Assembly (NCBI GenBank): GCA_900551295.1 | Contig: URVJ01000007.1 | Span: 20,560 to 84,559 of the forward strand | Length of the DNA stretch: 64,000 nt | Origin: an uncultured Eubacteriales bacterium | Lineage (GTDB): Bacteria > Bacillota > Clostridia > Oscillospirales > CAG-382 | Reading direction: 5' to 3' | Shown here: one piece after another, positions 48,566-57,719 of the stretch | Position numbering within the stretch: the first letter of the stretch is position 1 | Layout: each line of letters begins with the position of its first letter | Notes under the pieces: generated by a model | What the model was told of the DNA's origin: nothing | Seen by the model: the letters and a program-made list of their open reading frames with translations, nothing else | Databases searched by the model: none | Position numbers and translations under genes: made by a program

Positions 48566-51500
48566 ATGAAGCGTATTCTTAATATAACAGTATTGATGGT
48601 TATTGCAATACTGATAACGATGTCCGTATATTCTCAAACACAGGATGAAATAATTGCCGAAGCAGTGTGCGGACAAAGAATAGCACAATATGATGTTAAG
48701 CTGAATTCTCCGTTTGTAAAGGAACGCAGAGGCGAAAGCGAAACTGTGAATCCCGAAACCGGGAACGTTTCATATACGCTCTCTTTGTTTAACTTGAATG
48801 CACGAACTTTTGACGAAACATTATCTTTGACATATAACAGTGCATCAGCAAAGCTTAAACAGGAATCATATTGCAATACAGGTGTTGCTTTACACAATAT
48901 CAATGAAAATTTCACAGACAAAGAGATTGCAAAAGCAAATTTTGCAGTTGGCTGGAAATTCAATATCCCTTTTGTTGAAAGTATGTATAATACAACATTT
49001 GTTCATATGCCGGACGGGACAGTATATTTGGGAGATGCATCAAGCGATACAGGGCTTAGCGGTTATATGCTTAAAAATGTAACTTTCAAAAAAAGCGATT
49101 CAGGTTATCTTTTGAATTATCTTGACGGTACAGTGTATAAATTTGATACTGATGGCTTTTTAACAGAAAAATCCGATCGTAACGATAATTATGTACAGTA
49201 CAATTGGAATAAATCGTTAACTCCTTATGTTCTTGAAAAAATCACATCATGTACAGGACAAAGTATCAGTTTTAAATATTTAGATTCCGCCGTTGAGATT
49301 ACGTTAAACGGCAGAAAAGTTACTTTGGGAGTAGAAAAGCAATCTGATGCCGACAAAATTCCTTTTCTGACATATTTTATTGATGCCGTAAACAGAAAAA
49401 CATCCTTTGAATACTCTCAAAAGACAATAGATTATGCACTTGTTTTGGATTCGGAAAAAATGGATATAAACTATTATCCGTTGACATCAATAATATATAA
49501 TACCGGACTTAAAACAATTTACAAATACGATACTGCAAAAAAATTCTCCGGAAACGGATATATGTCATATCTAAAGCTTTCGGAAAGATATGATATCAGT
49601 AATTTGGAAATGGTTAACCGTCAACAGTATTTCTATAACGGCGAGCCTGACGGATACCCGAAATATTCTTCCGGATATATTCCGTCAGATTATAAGTATT
49701 CTGCTGTTATTATCAATCAAGATAGCAAACGTGAATTGATCTCATATAACAGTGTGCATGATATTTCCGAAAGGGAAATATCTGTCGGAAATAAACCTCA
49801 AAGCAGATTGTCGTATAAATATGACAAAAGAAACAGAATGCCTGTGCAAATAGTGTCTGAAATGTTCGGAAATTCTGGGAACGACAGAGCAGTATACTCT
49901 GAATTTGTGTATAACGATCGCGGCGAACTTTTGTCATATGACACATATGATAATATTTCTGACAAAGGTAAACAGAAAAAGGAATACCTATACAGTAACT
50001 TTTACGGAATAAATACTTACTTAAAATATAAAACAGACAAAGCAACAACCGTTGAAGTAAAATCCGATACTGACAGCAACGGAAAGAACATTGAAAAAAC
50101 GCAAATATTCGTAAACGGAAACCTTGTCAAAACTATACGTTACAAATATGATGATTTCGGAAACAACGTATATATAAAAAAACAGACAGATAATGACACC
50201 TATAAAACAGAAAAGTTTGTTTTTACCGATAAGACAGGATATGCTTATCCAGAACAGCACATAATATGCGGTGTTGAGGATACCGACGGCGATACATTTG
50301 ATGTATATGAGGAATTTGAATATGATTTTTTCGGAAATATAATTTCATATACAGATGCCTGCGAAGGAAAGACAATATATGAATATAATAATCTCGGAAA
50401 TCCGGTAAAGCAAATACTTCCTAACGGAGGAATAAGAACTGTTTTATATGACTATAATAAGAATACATTAAAAACATCGGATGCACTCGGAAATACACTT
50501 TTATATATGTATGACCCATTAGGAAGACTTGTTTTTGTTAAAGACGGGAAAGGAAATATTCTTACTCAAAAAGAATATGCACCGACGGGATTACTTGAAT
50601 GTGAGACTGACGCTGTCGGAACAAGTTTTCACTACACATATGACGGATTTAACCGTGTAAGCGGCATATCTGCAAAGGATATGACCGGAAAAATTCTTTC
50701 TTTTACAAGCTATTCTTATGATGAAGCATATATTTTTGACGGGAAAACTTATTCAAGGTTTGAAACATCTCTAAAGGGAGAAACCGGAGAATATAAAACG
50801 GCATATCTTTTCGATTTTCTCGGACGTCAGCGTTTGTGCGAGAACGGAAATGGTGAAAACAAACGCATAACAACATATGAATACGATTATGCCGGAAACA
50901 ATATCCGGACGGTTTTACCTGACGGCAGCATTACCGATTGCACATATAATGCTTTCGGAAATATGCTTTCAAGCACGCGTGACGGTGTATCGGAATACTA
51001 TACGTATGACCTTTTGGGCAATATGAAAAGCCATACTGACGGTGAAGGTAATACCGTAACATCTGATTATAATTCTCTCGGATTGAATCTCAAAAATACG
51101 CTCCCCTATAACGGCGGCAATTCTTTTTCCGTAACAAAAAATTACTATGATCCTTGCGGAAGAGTTACAAAACGCACAGACGCAGAGGGAAATTCAAAAA
51201 AGTATTTTTATGATAACAGCGGCAATCTTGTCAGCTGTTTATACGGTGACGGTATTACAACCTATGAATATGACGCTGAAAATCGTATTATTTCCATGAG
51301 CACAGGGAAAGCCGGTAATCTCCATACTCAGCATTATGAGTATGACAGTTTCGGCAATCTTGTCAAGAGTACGGATGAAATGGGATTTTCTCAAAGCTAT
51401 ACGTATGATTTGAACGGCAATGTGTTAAGCTGTATTGACAAGAACGGAAATATCGTATATAATACATACGACGGATTAAACAGAATAATCCGCACGTCAA

Positions 51501-53458
51501 ATTCGCTTGATAATACTTGTTTCGATTATACATACGACAGCGCAGGAAAACTTGTACGTGTAAACAATACCGAATATAAATATAATACTTTCGGTGAACT
51601 TATAAGCCAAAAGGAAGGCAATATTGAGCAAAAGTATTCTTACAACAGCCTCGGCTTGAGAACAGAATACAGCGTTGAAAACTGCGGAGTAGTGCAAATG
51701 AATCAAAACTACACATATGACGCATTCGGCAGACTTTCCGCTGTTACTTCGCCTCTCGGCAGACAGAGCTACACTTATGACAGAGCCGGACGTCTTGTAA
51801 GCACATACGGCGACACTTCAAAAATCGGAACGCAGTATTCATATTTTCCGTCAGGAAATATTGAGTCGCAAATTCAGATTGTCGGAGGAAAAATCACCGA
51901 CGAGGTCAGATATGAATATGACCGCAACGGCTCAAGAACTCTCGAAAAAAGCTTTGACGGCGAAAAGAGGTATACCTACGACAGCAGAAACCGTTTGCAT
52001 GAGGTTATAGACGGCGGAATTCTTTCGGTGTACAGCTATGACGATTTCGGAAATATCAGCGCGGTAAATTATTTTTCCGAAAACGTAAGCTCATCGACAA
52101 AATATGTCTATGACGCAAACAACAGACTTACGGAGAGCTTTGAGGACAATTTAAGAACGGAATATACATATGATAAACAGGGAAACCTAATCTGCCGAAA
52201 AAACGACATCGGCAGAACCGATTATTTCTATAACGGATTCAATAAAATGACAGGAGTTTCCGGTGAAAACCTTACTGCGGAATACACATATGATTACAGC
52301 GGTCTGAGGACGTCAAAGACTGTAAACGGCGTATTTACGCAGTTAGTGAACGACGGACAGAATGTTTCGGCACAGTATGTTGACGGCAGAGTGAATTGTT
52401 TTTACAGAGGAATAAGCCTGATAGGGTATACCGATTCCGACAGCAATGCAAACTTTTATCAGTTCAACGCACACGGAGACGTAATTTCCGTGCTTGACTG
52501 TTTCGGAAACACGGTACATAGCTACGACTATAACGAGTTCGGCAAGCAGAAAGAAAGCGCAGAAAATCTGTTTCTTCCCCAGTACGGCATGAAAGCCGAT
52601 ACAAATCCTTTCCGCTATTGCGGGGAATATTTTGATGAAGAAACCGGTTTTGTCTATCTTAGGGCAAGGTACTATTCTCCGGATATCGGCAGGTTTGTTT
52701 CGGAAGATCCGATTAAGGACGGAAATAACTGGTATGTTTATTGCGGGAATAACTCAATTGTTTTTTACGACCCATATGGCTACTGGCCATCATTCAAAGA
52801 CGTAACACGGGATGTCGCGAGGTTTGTTGTTTCTAATCCTTTGGCAGTTAATGCAACTCAAAGTGGCAAATTTAAAGACTTTTTTGATATAGTTGGCTTT
52901 AAATGGGATTCAAAAAGCAAAACATATCATGCTAAAACCAATGCGTGGCAGCAAATTGGCGGATATAATGATTTCTACGATGTTATATTTGATTATGCTA
53001 CTGATATGGATAACGCAAAATTTGATTTTGAAGATTCATCGGGCAGAAAATATATTTTATGGGCATGGAAAGGTGATTATTTAAATTTGGGTGCCGGAGC
53101 AGAGTTGGGTATTTATTCTAATGAGTCAGGAATAGCCGGAAAAATTGATGTTAAAAGTCCACACAATGATATTTGGCTTGTTGATACAAACCTCGCTATG
53201 AAAATGACATTGACATTAAAAGATAAAAAAGGAAACACATTAATTGAATATGAGCCCAGTGAAAAACAATGGTGGATTACAGGTTTTGATCCATATAAAC
53301 AAAATGTCGAAGCAAAAGATTTGATAGCCGAATATTCAGTGCTTTTTACCAACGAAAGTATGTATCAGAGTTTCTATAATAAATATGGTGTTGGCGAAAA
53401 CAAAGATTCAAGGTGGCAATTTGATTCAACAACTATGACGGCTATTTTCTCGTTTTAA
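48566..53458 (+). CDS. RHS/YD-repeat polymorphic toxin with DUF4474-like C-terminal domain
   Basis: N-terminal signal/anchor MKRILNITVLMVIAILITMSVYS. Dozens of YD repeats (YxYDxxGN). The RHS-associated core is NPFRYCGEYFDEETGFVYLRARYYSPDIGRFVSEDPI...YVYCGNNSIVFYDPYGY, with the DPYGY motif at 52769-52783. The about 223-aa tail (AWQQIGGYNDFYDV...KYILWAWKGDYLNLGAGAELGIYS...KQWWITGFDP) resembles DUF4474 from memory. Confidence 0.93.
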   Translation: MKRILNITVLMVIAILITMSVYSQTQDEIIAEAVCGQRIAQYDVKLNSPFVKERRGESETVNPETGNVSYTLSLFNLNARTFDETLSLTYNSASAKLKQESYCNTGVALHNINENFTDKEIAKANFAVGWKFNIPFVESMYNTTFVHMPDGTVYLGDASSDTGLSGYMLKNVTFKKSDSGYLLNYLDGTVYKFDTDGFLTEKSDRNDNYVQYNWNKSLTPYVLEKITSCTGQSISFKYLDSAVEITLNGRKVTLGVEKQSDADKIPFLTYFIDAVNRKTSFEYSQKTIDYALVLDSEKMDINYYPLTSIIYNTGLKTIYKYDTAKKFSGNGYMSYLKLSERYDISNLEMVNRQQYFYNGEPDGYPKYSSGYIPSDYKYSAVIINQDSKRELISYNSVHDISEREISVGNKPQSRLSYKYDKRNRMPVQIVSEMFGNSGNDRAVYSEFVYNDRGELLSYDTYDNISDKGKQKKEYLYSNFYGINTYLKYKTDKATTVEVKSDTDSNGKNIEKTQIFVNGNLVKTIRYKYDDFGNNVYIKKQTDNDTYKTEKFVFTDKTGYAYPEQHIICGVEDTDGDTFDVYEEFEYDFFGNIISYTDACEGKTIYEYNNLGNPVKQILPNGGIRTVLYDYNKNTLKTSDALGNTLLYMYDPLGRLVFVKDGKGNILTQKEYAPTGLLECETDAVGTSFHYTYDGFNRVSGISAKDMTGKILSFTSYSYDEAYIFDGKTYSRFETSLKGETGEYKTAYLFDFLGRQRLCENGNGENKRITTYEYDYAGNNIRTVLPDGSITDCTYNAFGNMLSSTRDGVSEYYTYDLLGNMKSHTDGEGNTVTSDYNSLGLNLKNTLPYNGGNSFSVTKNYYDPCGRVTKRTDAEGNSKKYFYDNSGNLVSCLYGDGITTYEYDAENRIISMSTGKAGNLHTQHYEYDSFGNLVKSTDEMGFSQSYTYDLNGNVLSCIDKNGNIVYNTYDGLNRIIRTSNSLDNTCFDYTYDSAGKLVRVNNTEYKYNTFGELISQKEGNIEQKYSYNSLGLRTEYSVENCGVVQMNQNYTYDAFGRLSAVTSPLGRQSYTYDRAGRLVSTYGDTSKIGTQYSYFPSGNIESQIQIVGGKITDEVRYEYDRNGSRTLEKSFDGEKRYTYDSRNRLHEVIDGGILSVYSYDDFGNISAVNYFSENVSSSTKYVYDANNRLTESFEDNLRTEYTYDKQGNLICRKNDIGRTDYFYNGFNKMTGVSGENLTAEYTYDYSGLRTSKTVNGVFTQLVNDGQNVSAQYVDGRVNCFYRGISLIGYTDSDSNANFYQFNAHGDVISVLDCFGNTVHSYDYNEFGKQKESAENLFLPQYGMKADTNPFRYCGEYFDEETGFVYLRARYYSPDIGRFVSEDPIKDGNNWYVYCGNNSIVFYDPYGYWPSFKDVTRDVARFVVSNPLAVNATQSGKFKDFFDIVGFKWDSKSKTYHAKTNAWQQIGGYNDFYDVIFDYATDMDNAKFDFEDSSGRKYILWAWKGDYLNLGAGAELGIYSNESGIAGKIDVKSPHNDIWLVDTNLAMKMTLTLKDKKGNTLIEYEPSEKQWWITGFDPYKQNVEAKDLIAEYSVLFTNESMYQSFYNKYGVGENKDSRWQFDSTTMTAIFSF
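51435..51463 (+). promoter_or_regulatory. Perfect consensus sigma-70 promoter motif inside the rhs CDS
   Basis: TTGACA-agaacggaaatatcgta-TATAAT (N17), coding for IDKNGNIVYN. It is homologous to the promoter motifs in repeats R1 and R2. Activity is untested. Confidence 0.35.
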
Positions 53459-53470
53459 GAGGTGCTTAAA

Positions 53471-53977
53471 ATGAAAAGTTGTAAAAGTATATTGTTATTA
53501 GTTTTTTGCCTTTTATCTTTGACTTTTTGCAAACAAAAAGAGGAGGTTTTTATGCGCGAAGATGAATATGTAGATTATATTATTAGTGAAACGATTTGTT
53601 CGCTTAACGAACACGATACAGAAAGATTAAAAAACTTGTTTTCCAATTCGGTTATAAAAACTGTTGACGATTTAAACACAAAATGTGGTATGTTTAGTGA
53701 TTTCATCGGGTTTACAATAGTATCACACGAGTATGATGGCACACTTGCTTCTGATATGTCTGTCAAAAATGGTGAAAAACGTAATATGATAAGATTTTCG
53801 TTTGAAATTGTAACAGGTGAAAGTGAGAAGTATACTATTTTTGTGATTTGTTACAATATAGATACAGCTAATACAGACAATGTAGGAGTATATATGATGG
53901 AAATTGCCCATTCCGACTATGACGAATATGATTCATGGCAAGACCGAATTGTACCTGGAATAAGTATTCTTGAATGA
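53471..53977 (+). CDS. Small secreted or lipoprotein-like protein, candidate cognate immunity protein (DUF5104-like)
   Basis: Starts 13 nt after the rhs stop, with a GAGGTG RBS. N-terminal hydrophobic signal MKSCKSILLLVFCLLSLTFC (non-canonical lipobox). Pattern ...RLKNLFSNSVIKTVDDLNTKCGMFSDFIGFTIVSHEYDG... resembles DUF5104 from memory. Confidence 0.55.
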   Translation: MKSCKSILLLVFCLLSLTFCKQKEEVFMREDEYVDYIISETICSLNEHDTERLKNLFSNSVIKTVDDLNTKCGMFSDFIGFTIVSHEYDGTLASDMSVKNGEKRNMIRFSFEIVTGESEKYTIFVICYNIDTANTDNVGVYMMEIAHSDYDEYDSWQDRIVPGISILE

Positions 53978-54066
53978 TTGTTTTTATGGTGAATAGTGTG
54001 TGTTGTTTATGGCTACGATGAATATGTCAATGTCATTTCTGAAGTAAATGTTGTAAACTTTAACAT

Positions 54067-54825
54067 TTGCTTCGACTATTAGCGTCGCGGATAAGCCGGC
54101 TGTTCCCACGTACCAACGATTGCCGCAGGCAACCGTACTGCTACGCCGGATATGAGTACCTTGAAAATGCAGACTTGTATGACCTTAATGCAAGGTATTA
54201 CGACGCCAAGATCGCAAGATTTCTGTCGCCCGATCCTTACTATGACCTTGGTAACAGGGTAATAGGACTGCATGAGATCAATGTACCTACTGCTTGGTCT
54301 ATTATTCAGGCGAATGCTCTGTATGTGTATTGCGGGAATAGTCCGATTGTCTTTTTTGATTGTACCGGTTTTAATACTAGTTCTGTATTTCAAAATGCAG
54401 ATGGAACATATTCTCTGTATGATAATGATAGATTCGGCAATAAAAATGCTTGGCATGAACAGATTTTTTCTGTTTCACTTTCCAGTCCAAGTTGGGATTT
54501 GAAAAATGGTTCGGTTGGACTTGGAAGCGTTGAGGGTAATGCATTTACCGGTGGTTGTGAATGGAAACACGTAGACTTATCTTTGTTTGATTTTGGTCAT
54601 GCCGAGGTTGGATTAGAAATAGAGGATAGTGCAATTGATCTTGGGGCACAAGCAAGTGTATGGAGTCCATCAGTCTCAGTAACTGTATTAGGGGTTAAGA
54701 CAGAGGCGGGAATAGAGGTCGGGGCAATCGGCTTGAGTGCAAAAGGTTCTTGGAATGTTAGTGCAAAGGGTCTTGAAATCTATATAGCACTTGGTGTTGG
54801 TGTAACATTGTCTATTTCATGGTAG
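54067..54825 (+). CDS. Orphan RHS C-terminal cassette: degenerate core end plus Gly/Ala/Val-rich C-terminal domain
   Basis: PYCYAGYEYLENADLYDLNARYYDAKIARFLSPDPY...LYVYCGNSPIVFFDCTGF aligns with the core end of the main rhs, with DCTG in place of DPYG. A YD-repeat relic (VVYGYDEYVNVISE) lies upstream at about 54000-54045 in another frame with stops. There is no credible RBS or ATG, so it may be silent unless recombined. Confidence 0.55.
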   Translation: MLRLLASRISRLFPRTNDCRRQPYCYAGYEYLENADLYDLNARYYDAKIARFLSPDPYYDLGNRVIGLHEINVPTAWSIIQANALYVYCGNSPIVFFDCTGFNTSSVFQNADGTYSLYDNDRFGNKNAWHEQIFSVSLSSPSWDLKNGSVGLGSVEGNAFTGGCEWKHVDLSLFDFGHAEVGLEIEDSAIDLGAQASVWSPSVSVTVLGVKTEAGIEVGAIGLSAKGSWNVSAKGLEIYIALGVGVTLSISW

Positions 54826-54862
54826 TTAATTTGTTTAAGAAAGTTGGAGGTTATATAAAATT

Positions 54863-55258
54863 ATGAAACAAAATGCAGTAACAAAGTGGTTGATATTTTT
54901 CTCATATAAAACAAAGTATGTTAAAATCGCCTTGCCAGTATTTTATTTGCTTTTTATGTTGTGTAATTTTGTTACACATACTAATGTATCAGACGTTTTT
55001 TATGAGTATGTTAAGATCCTTGTAATATGTCTTATTGCGTGGTTTGGCGTCAGGTTTGTTTTCTGGTTTCAAATAAAGAGTCCGTTTTATAATGAGGTGT
55101 TTTTTAATGCAGCCTCTCTGTTTTTGATGGTTGTGATGCTGTTGGTTGCAATTATTAACATTTTGCTTTTTAGCCCTGCGGCGTTTGTTTTTCTTGTTAT
55201 TCTGCTCTCTGTTGTTGAAGTTCAAAGGTTGAGAAAAGAAAATACATTTGAAAAGTAA
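54863..55258 (+). CDS. Small 4-TM membrane protein, candidate immunity partner of the orphan cassette
   Basis: 131 aa with four hydrophobic helices. RBS TGGAGG 9 nt upstream. It lies immediately 3' of the orphan toxin module. Confidence 0.5.
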   Translation: MKQNAVTKWLIFFSYKTKYVKIALPVFYLLFMLCNFVTHTNVSDVFYEYVKILVICLIAWFGVRFVFWFQIKSPFYNEVFFNAASLFLMVVMLLVAIINILLFSPAAFVFLVILLSVVEVQRLRKENTFEK

Positions 55259-55532
55259 TATTCAGTTAACATTTGACAGTCACAAAACATTAGAAACGAG
55301 CAAGATTCCATGGCAAATGCGGTTATACTAAAACAATAGCCGACGATTTCGCGTTGAAAGTCAGATATAAAAGTCTGCCCCCATGTTTTTGAATTGTGAT
55401 TTGGCAAATGACAGACGGATATGTTTTTGTGTGTGCCGGATTTAATTATAATTGAAATCAGACGTCGGATATTCTTAATCCGAATCAAAGCTTTCTTTGT
55501 TATCCGCATATTTTCGTTTTTCCTGAATTGCC

Positions 55533-55632
55533 GATTTTGTCGAATACTGTCGAAGTGTGCCGAAAAATAAGCGCATTTTTGAACGTCAGTGCGCTGAACT
55601 GTGTTGACACGAACGGAAATATCGTATATAAT
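55533..55632 (+). repeat. Repeat R1 (about 100 bp), decayed rhs YD-repeat segment
   Basis: About 93% identical by hand alignment (about 7 differences in 100 nt) to 57241-57341. Its 3' 60 nt are about 87% identical to rhs 51404-51463. Confidence 0.8.
55604..55632 (+). promoter_or_regulatory. Perfect consensus sigma-70 promoter within R1
   Basis: TTGACA-cgaacggaaatatcgta-TATAAT (N17), about 140 nt upstream of the 55776 ORF. Confidence 0.55.
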
Positions 55633-55775
55633 ACATATAAGGAATTTAACAGAAACTGTGGCGGTATCGGAAGCTGTACAGTGAAAGCTCGGAGTATGTG
55701 CATACCGGAATTGTGGTAAATGAAAACGTAAGCTTTTTCGATCTAAGCAGTTATATTAAAAAGTAGGGGATTTGC

Positions 55776-56390
55776 ATGAAATACTTTATGAATTGTGTAA
55801 TAATACTGATATTTTTGGCTATTTGTTCCTGCGCTTCGAAAGAAGGTTTAAAAGACAATTCGTTAAATTACGAACTTAAGGATAAGACTGAAAATGTTAT
55901 TGATTCTTCACAAAACAAATCTGATGAAATTAATGATAAGTATGTCAACTCAGAGAATACTGAAAGCTCCGGCAGTTTGCAAAATTATGGAAATGAGGAT
56001 GACGAATTCACTGAAGAACATATTGGTCCTGAAGCATGGAATAGAATTGTCATAGCGCTAAACTCCATTTGTTCGGAGATGGATCAAAAAAGATGGGACA
56101 ACATTAATATAAATCACGGGTATTCGGACGAACTTCCTTTTCTTGGTATATATGTAACAGAAGAAGATGAAAAACTTGAACTATATACCATAAAAGGTGA
56201 GGTAAATACTTATATATATTTGATAATTATAGTTGGCTTCAGTGATGAGTTCCCTGACGGCAAGATAGTCAGCACTACTTATGTCGGCGAGGGCGGCAGA
56301 GAATGGCATTATGAGGAGTGCGGTTTTGAAAAAAATGAAATTATTGATGCATACGATCAGGAACTTTGGTTAACGATGTGGTCATATTGA
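55776..56390 (+). CDS. Probable lipoprotein of unknown function (candidate orphan immunity protein)
   Basis: MKYFMNCVIILIFLAICSCASKEG signal with Cys. RBS AGGGGA. AT-rich island context. Confidence 0.55.
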   Translation: MKYFMNCVIILIFLAICSCASKEGLKDNSLNYELKDKTENVIDSSQNKSDEINDKYVNSENTESSGSLQNYGNEDDEFTEEHIGPEAWNRIVIALNSICSEMDQKRWDNININHGYSDELPFLGIYVTEEDEKLELYTIKGEVNTYIYLIIIVGFSDEFPDGKIVSTTYVGEGGREWHYEECGFEKNEIIDAYDQELWLTMWSY

Positions 56391-56584
56391 AAGTGTTTTG
56401 CTTGTGATAAAATTATAAAGCCGTAATTATATGCGGCGCTTGGCGGCAATTTATTACTTACAGGTTTATTTAAGGGAATAGCCGGAGTTTTCCGTGGTGC
56501 TGATTCGGCAGATGATAAAGCTGATATAAGAATAGGCATAACTTGGTATAAATTGGTATAACGATCGGTAAAGGGGGAGTTGAA

Positions 56585-57127
56585 GTGAAGTTGGATAAAA
56601 CAGTGCTGTTCCGTATTTTAAGTATTGCAGCGGTTGCTGTTATCACCCTAAGCGTTTTCTTTGTAATCCGCCTTAACAACAATGATAATATAACATACAG
56701 TAAAATTGTTTCATATGTAAGCGGCAATTATGAGAAGCTCGAAAACTTCCCATATAGTGAAATTGAGAAAATCAAATCTTCAAATGACAGCCCTGAAATA
56801 AAAAAACAAAAGGAAGAAGAAATAATAAAAAGATATCTTGGGGAAAACACCATAGTTACAAGCGTTTATGCTTACAATGAAAACATTTTGCAATTTTATT
56901 GCGGTGGTTCCGGCTTTTTAGACGTAGGAACTTATACAGGATTTTATTTTTCACGCTATGATATGCCTTATGCATTTGAATTTAACACTCTTGAGTTAGT
57001 CGAAATAAGTCCCGGCGTGTTTGAGGGGCAAGATGAAGACGGTGCTCAACAAATACATGGAGGTCATAAAATACGCACGGAAAAAATCCGGGATAAGTGG
57101 TATTACTATATACAGTATTGGTATTGA
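56585..57127 (+). CDS. N-terminally anchored protein of unknown function (candidate orphan immunity protein)
   Basis: GTG start 5 nt after AGGGGGAG. TM anchor ILSIAAVAVITLSVFFVI. 180 aa. Confidence 0.5.
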   Translation: MKLDKTVLFRILSIAAVAVITLSVFFVIRLNNNDNITYSKIVSYVSGNYEKLENFPYSEIEKIKSSNDSPEIKKQKEEEIIKRYLGENTIVTSVYAYNENILQFYCGGSGFLDVGTYTGFYFSRYDMPYAFEFNTLELVEISPGVFEGQDEDGAQQIHGGHKIRTEKIRDKWYYYIQYWY

Positions 57128-57240
57128 TTTCACACCTGCCGTCTTTCAGATTTTATGCCATGCTGTATTTTATAAAGATAGACAAAACTATCGTTGCAGT
57201 AAGCACGGGAATTTTATCTCATTTTTTGGTTTGCACCGGC

Positions 57241-57341
57241 GATTTTTGTCGAATACTGTCAAAGTGTGCCGAAAAATAAACGCGTTTTTGAACGTCAGTG
57301 CGCTGAACCGTGTTGACACGAACGGAAATATAATATATAAT
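57241..57341 (+). repeat. Repeat R2 (about 100 bp), second copy of the rhs-derived repeat
   Basis: See R1. Hand alignment shows one 1-nt indel and six substitutions. Confidence 0.8.
57313..57341 (+). promoter_or_regulatory. Perfect consensus sigma-70 promoter within R2
   Basis: TTGACA-cgaacggaaatataata-TATAAT (N17), 38 nt upstream of the 57379 ATG. Confidence 0.55.
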
Positions 57342-57378
57342 TAATATAGCATTTTAAAGAACATTTGGGTGAGCATAA

Positions 57379-57702
57379 ATGAATTATGATTTTTTTAAAA
57401 AGTGCATAAATACATTATCATGGACTTTGTTTTATCTTGAAATAGTGTTTATCTGGGGTTTTGACCTTTGCATATTTATAAACGGTGCAAATCCCGAACT
57501 GTATTTTAAAACTCAGTTTTTAATACTTGCAGTCCTTGTTATGTACTATTTTCTGAAAAACATTGAACGCTCTTTGGAAGAACCCGATGATGAAACAAAT
57601 CTAAAAATTACACTGCTTTTTATGCTTCAGATTGCTGTTGCCGCAGCGGTCGTGGGATATGCGGTATTTGTACTGAATACAGTGCCGTTCAGAATTCAGT
57701 GA
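57379..57702 (+). CDS. Small 3-TM membrane protein of unknown function
   Basis: 107 aa. RBS GGGTGA. Three hydrophobic helices. Confidence 0.5.
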   Translation: MNYDFFKKCINTLSWTLFYLEIVFIWGFDLCIFINGANPELYFKTQFLILAVLVMYYFLKNIERSLEEPDDETNLKITLLFMLQIAVAAAVVGYAVFVLNTVPFRIQ

Positions 57703-57719
57703 GAAAGTAACAGGTTATT

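Noticed and set aside
56391-56584. Short open frame reading ...AALGGNLLLTGLFKGIAGVFRGADSADDKADIRIGITWYKLV*
   Set aside because: It has no start codon or RBS. It is probably the decayed end of a lost toxin or bacteriocin-like gene and is too short to assign.
55533-57341. The R1/R2 repeats as a CRISPR array or minimal CRISPR
   Set aside because: There are only two copies, about 100 bp long and 1.7 kb apart, with protein-coding genes between them. They are homologous to an rhs coding segment. No cas genes are present.
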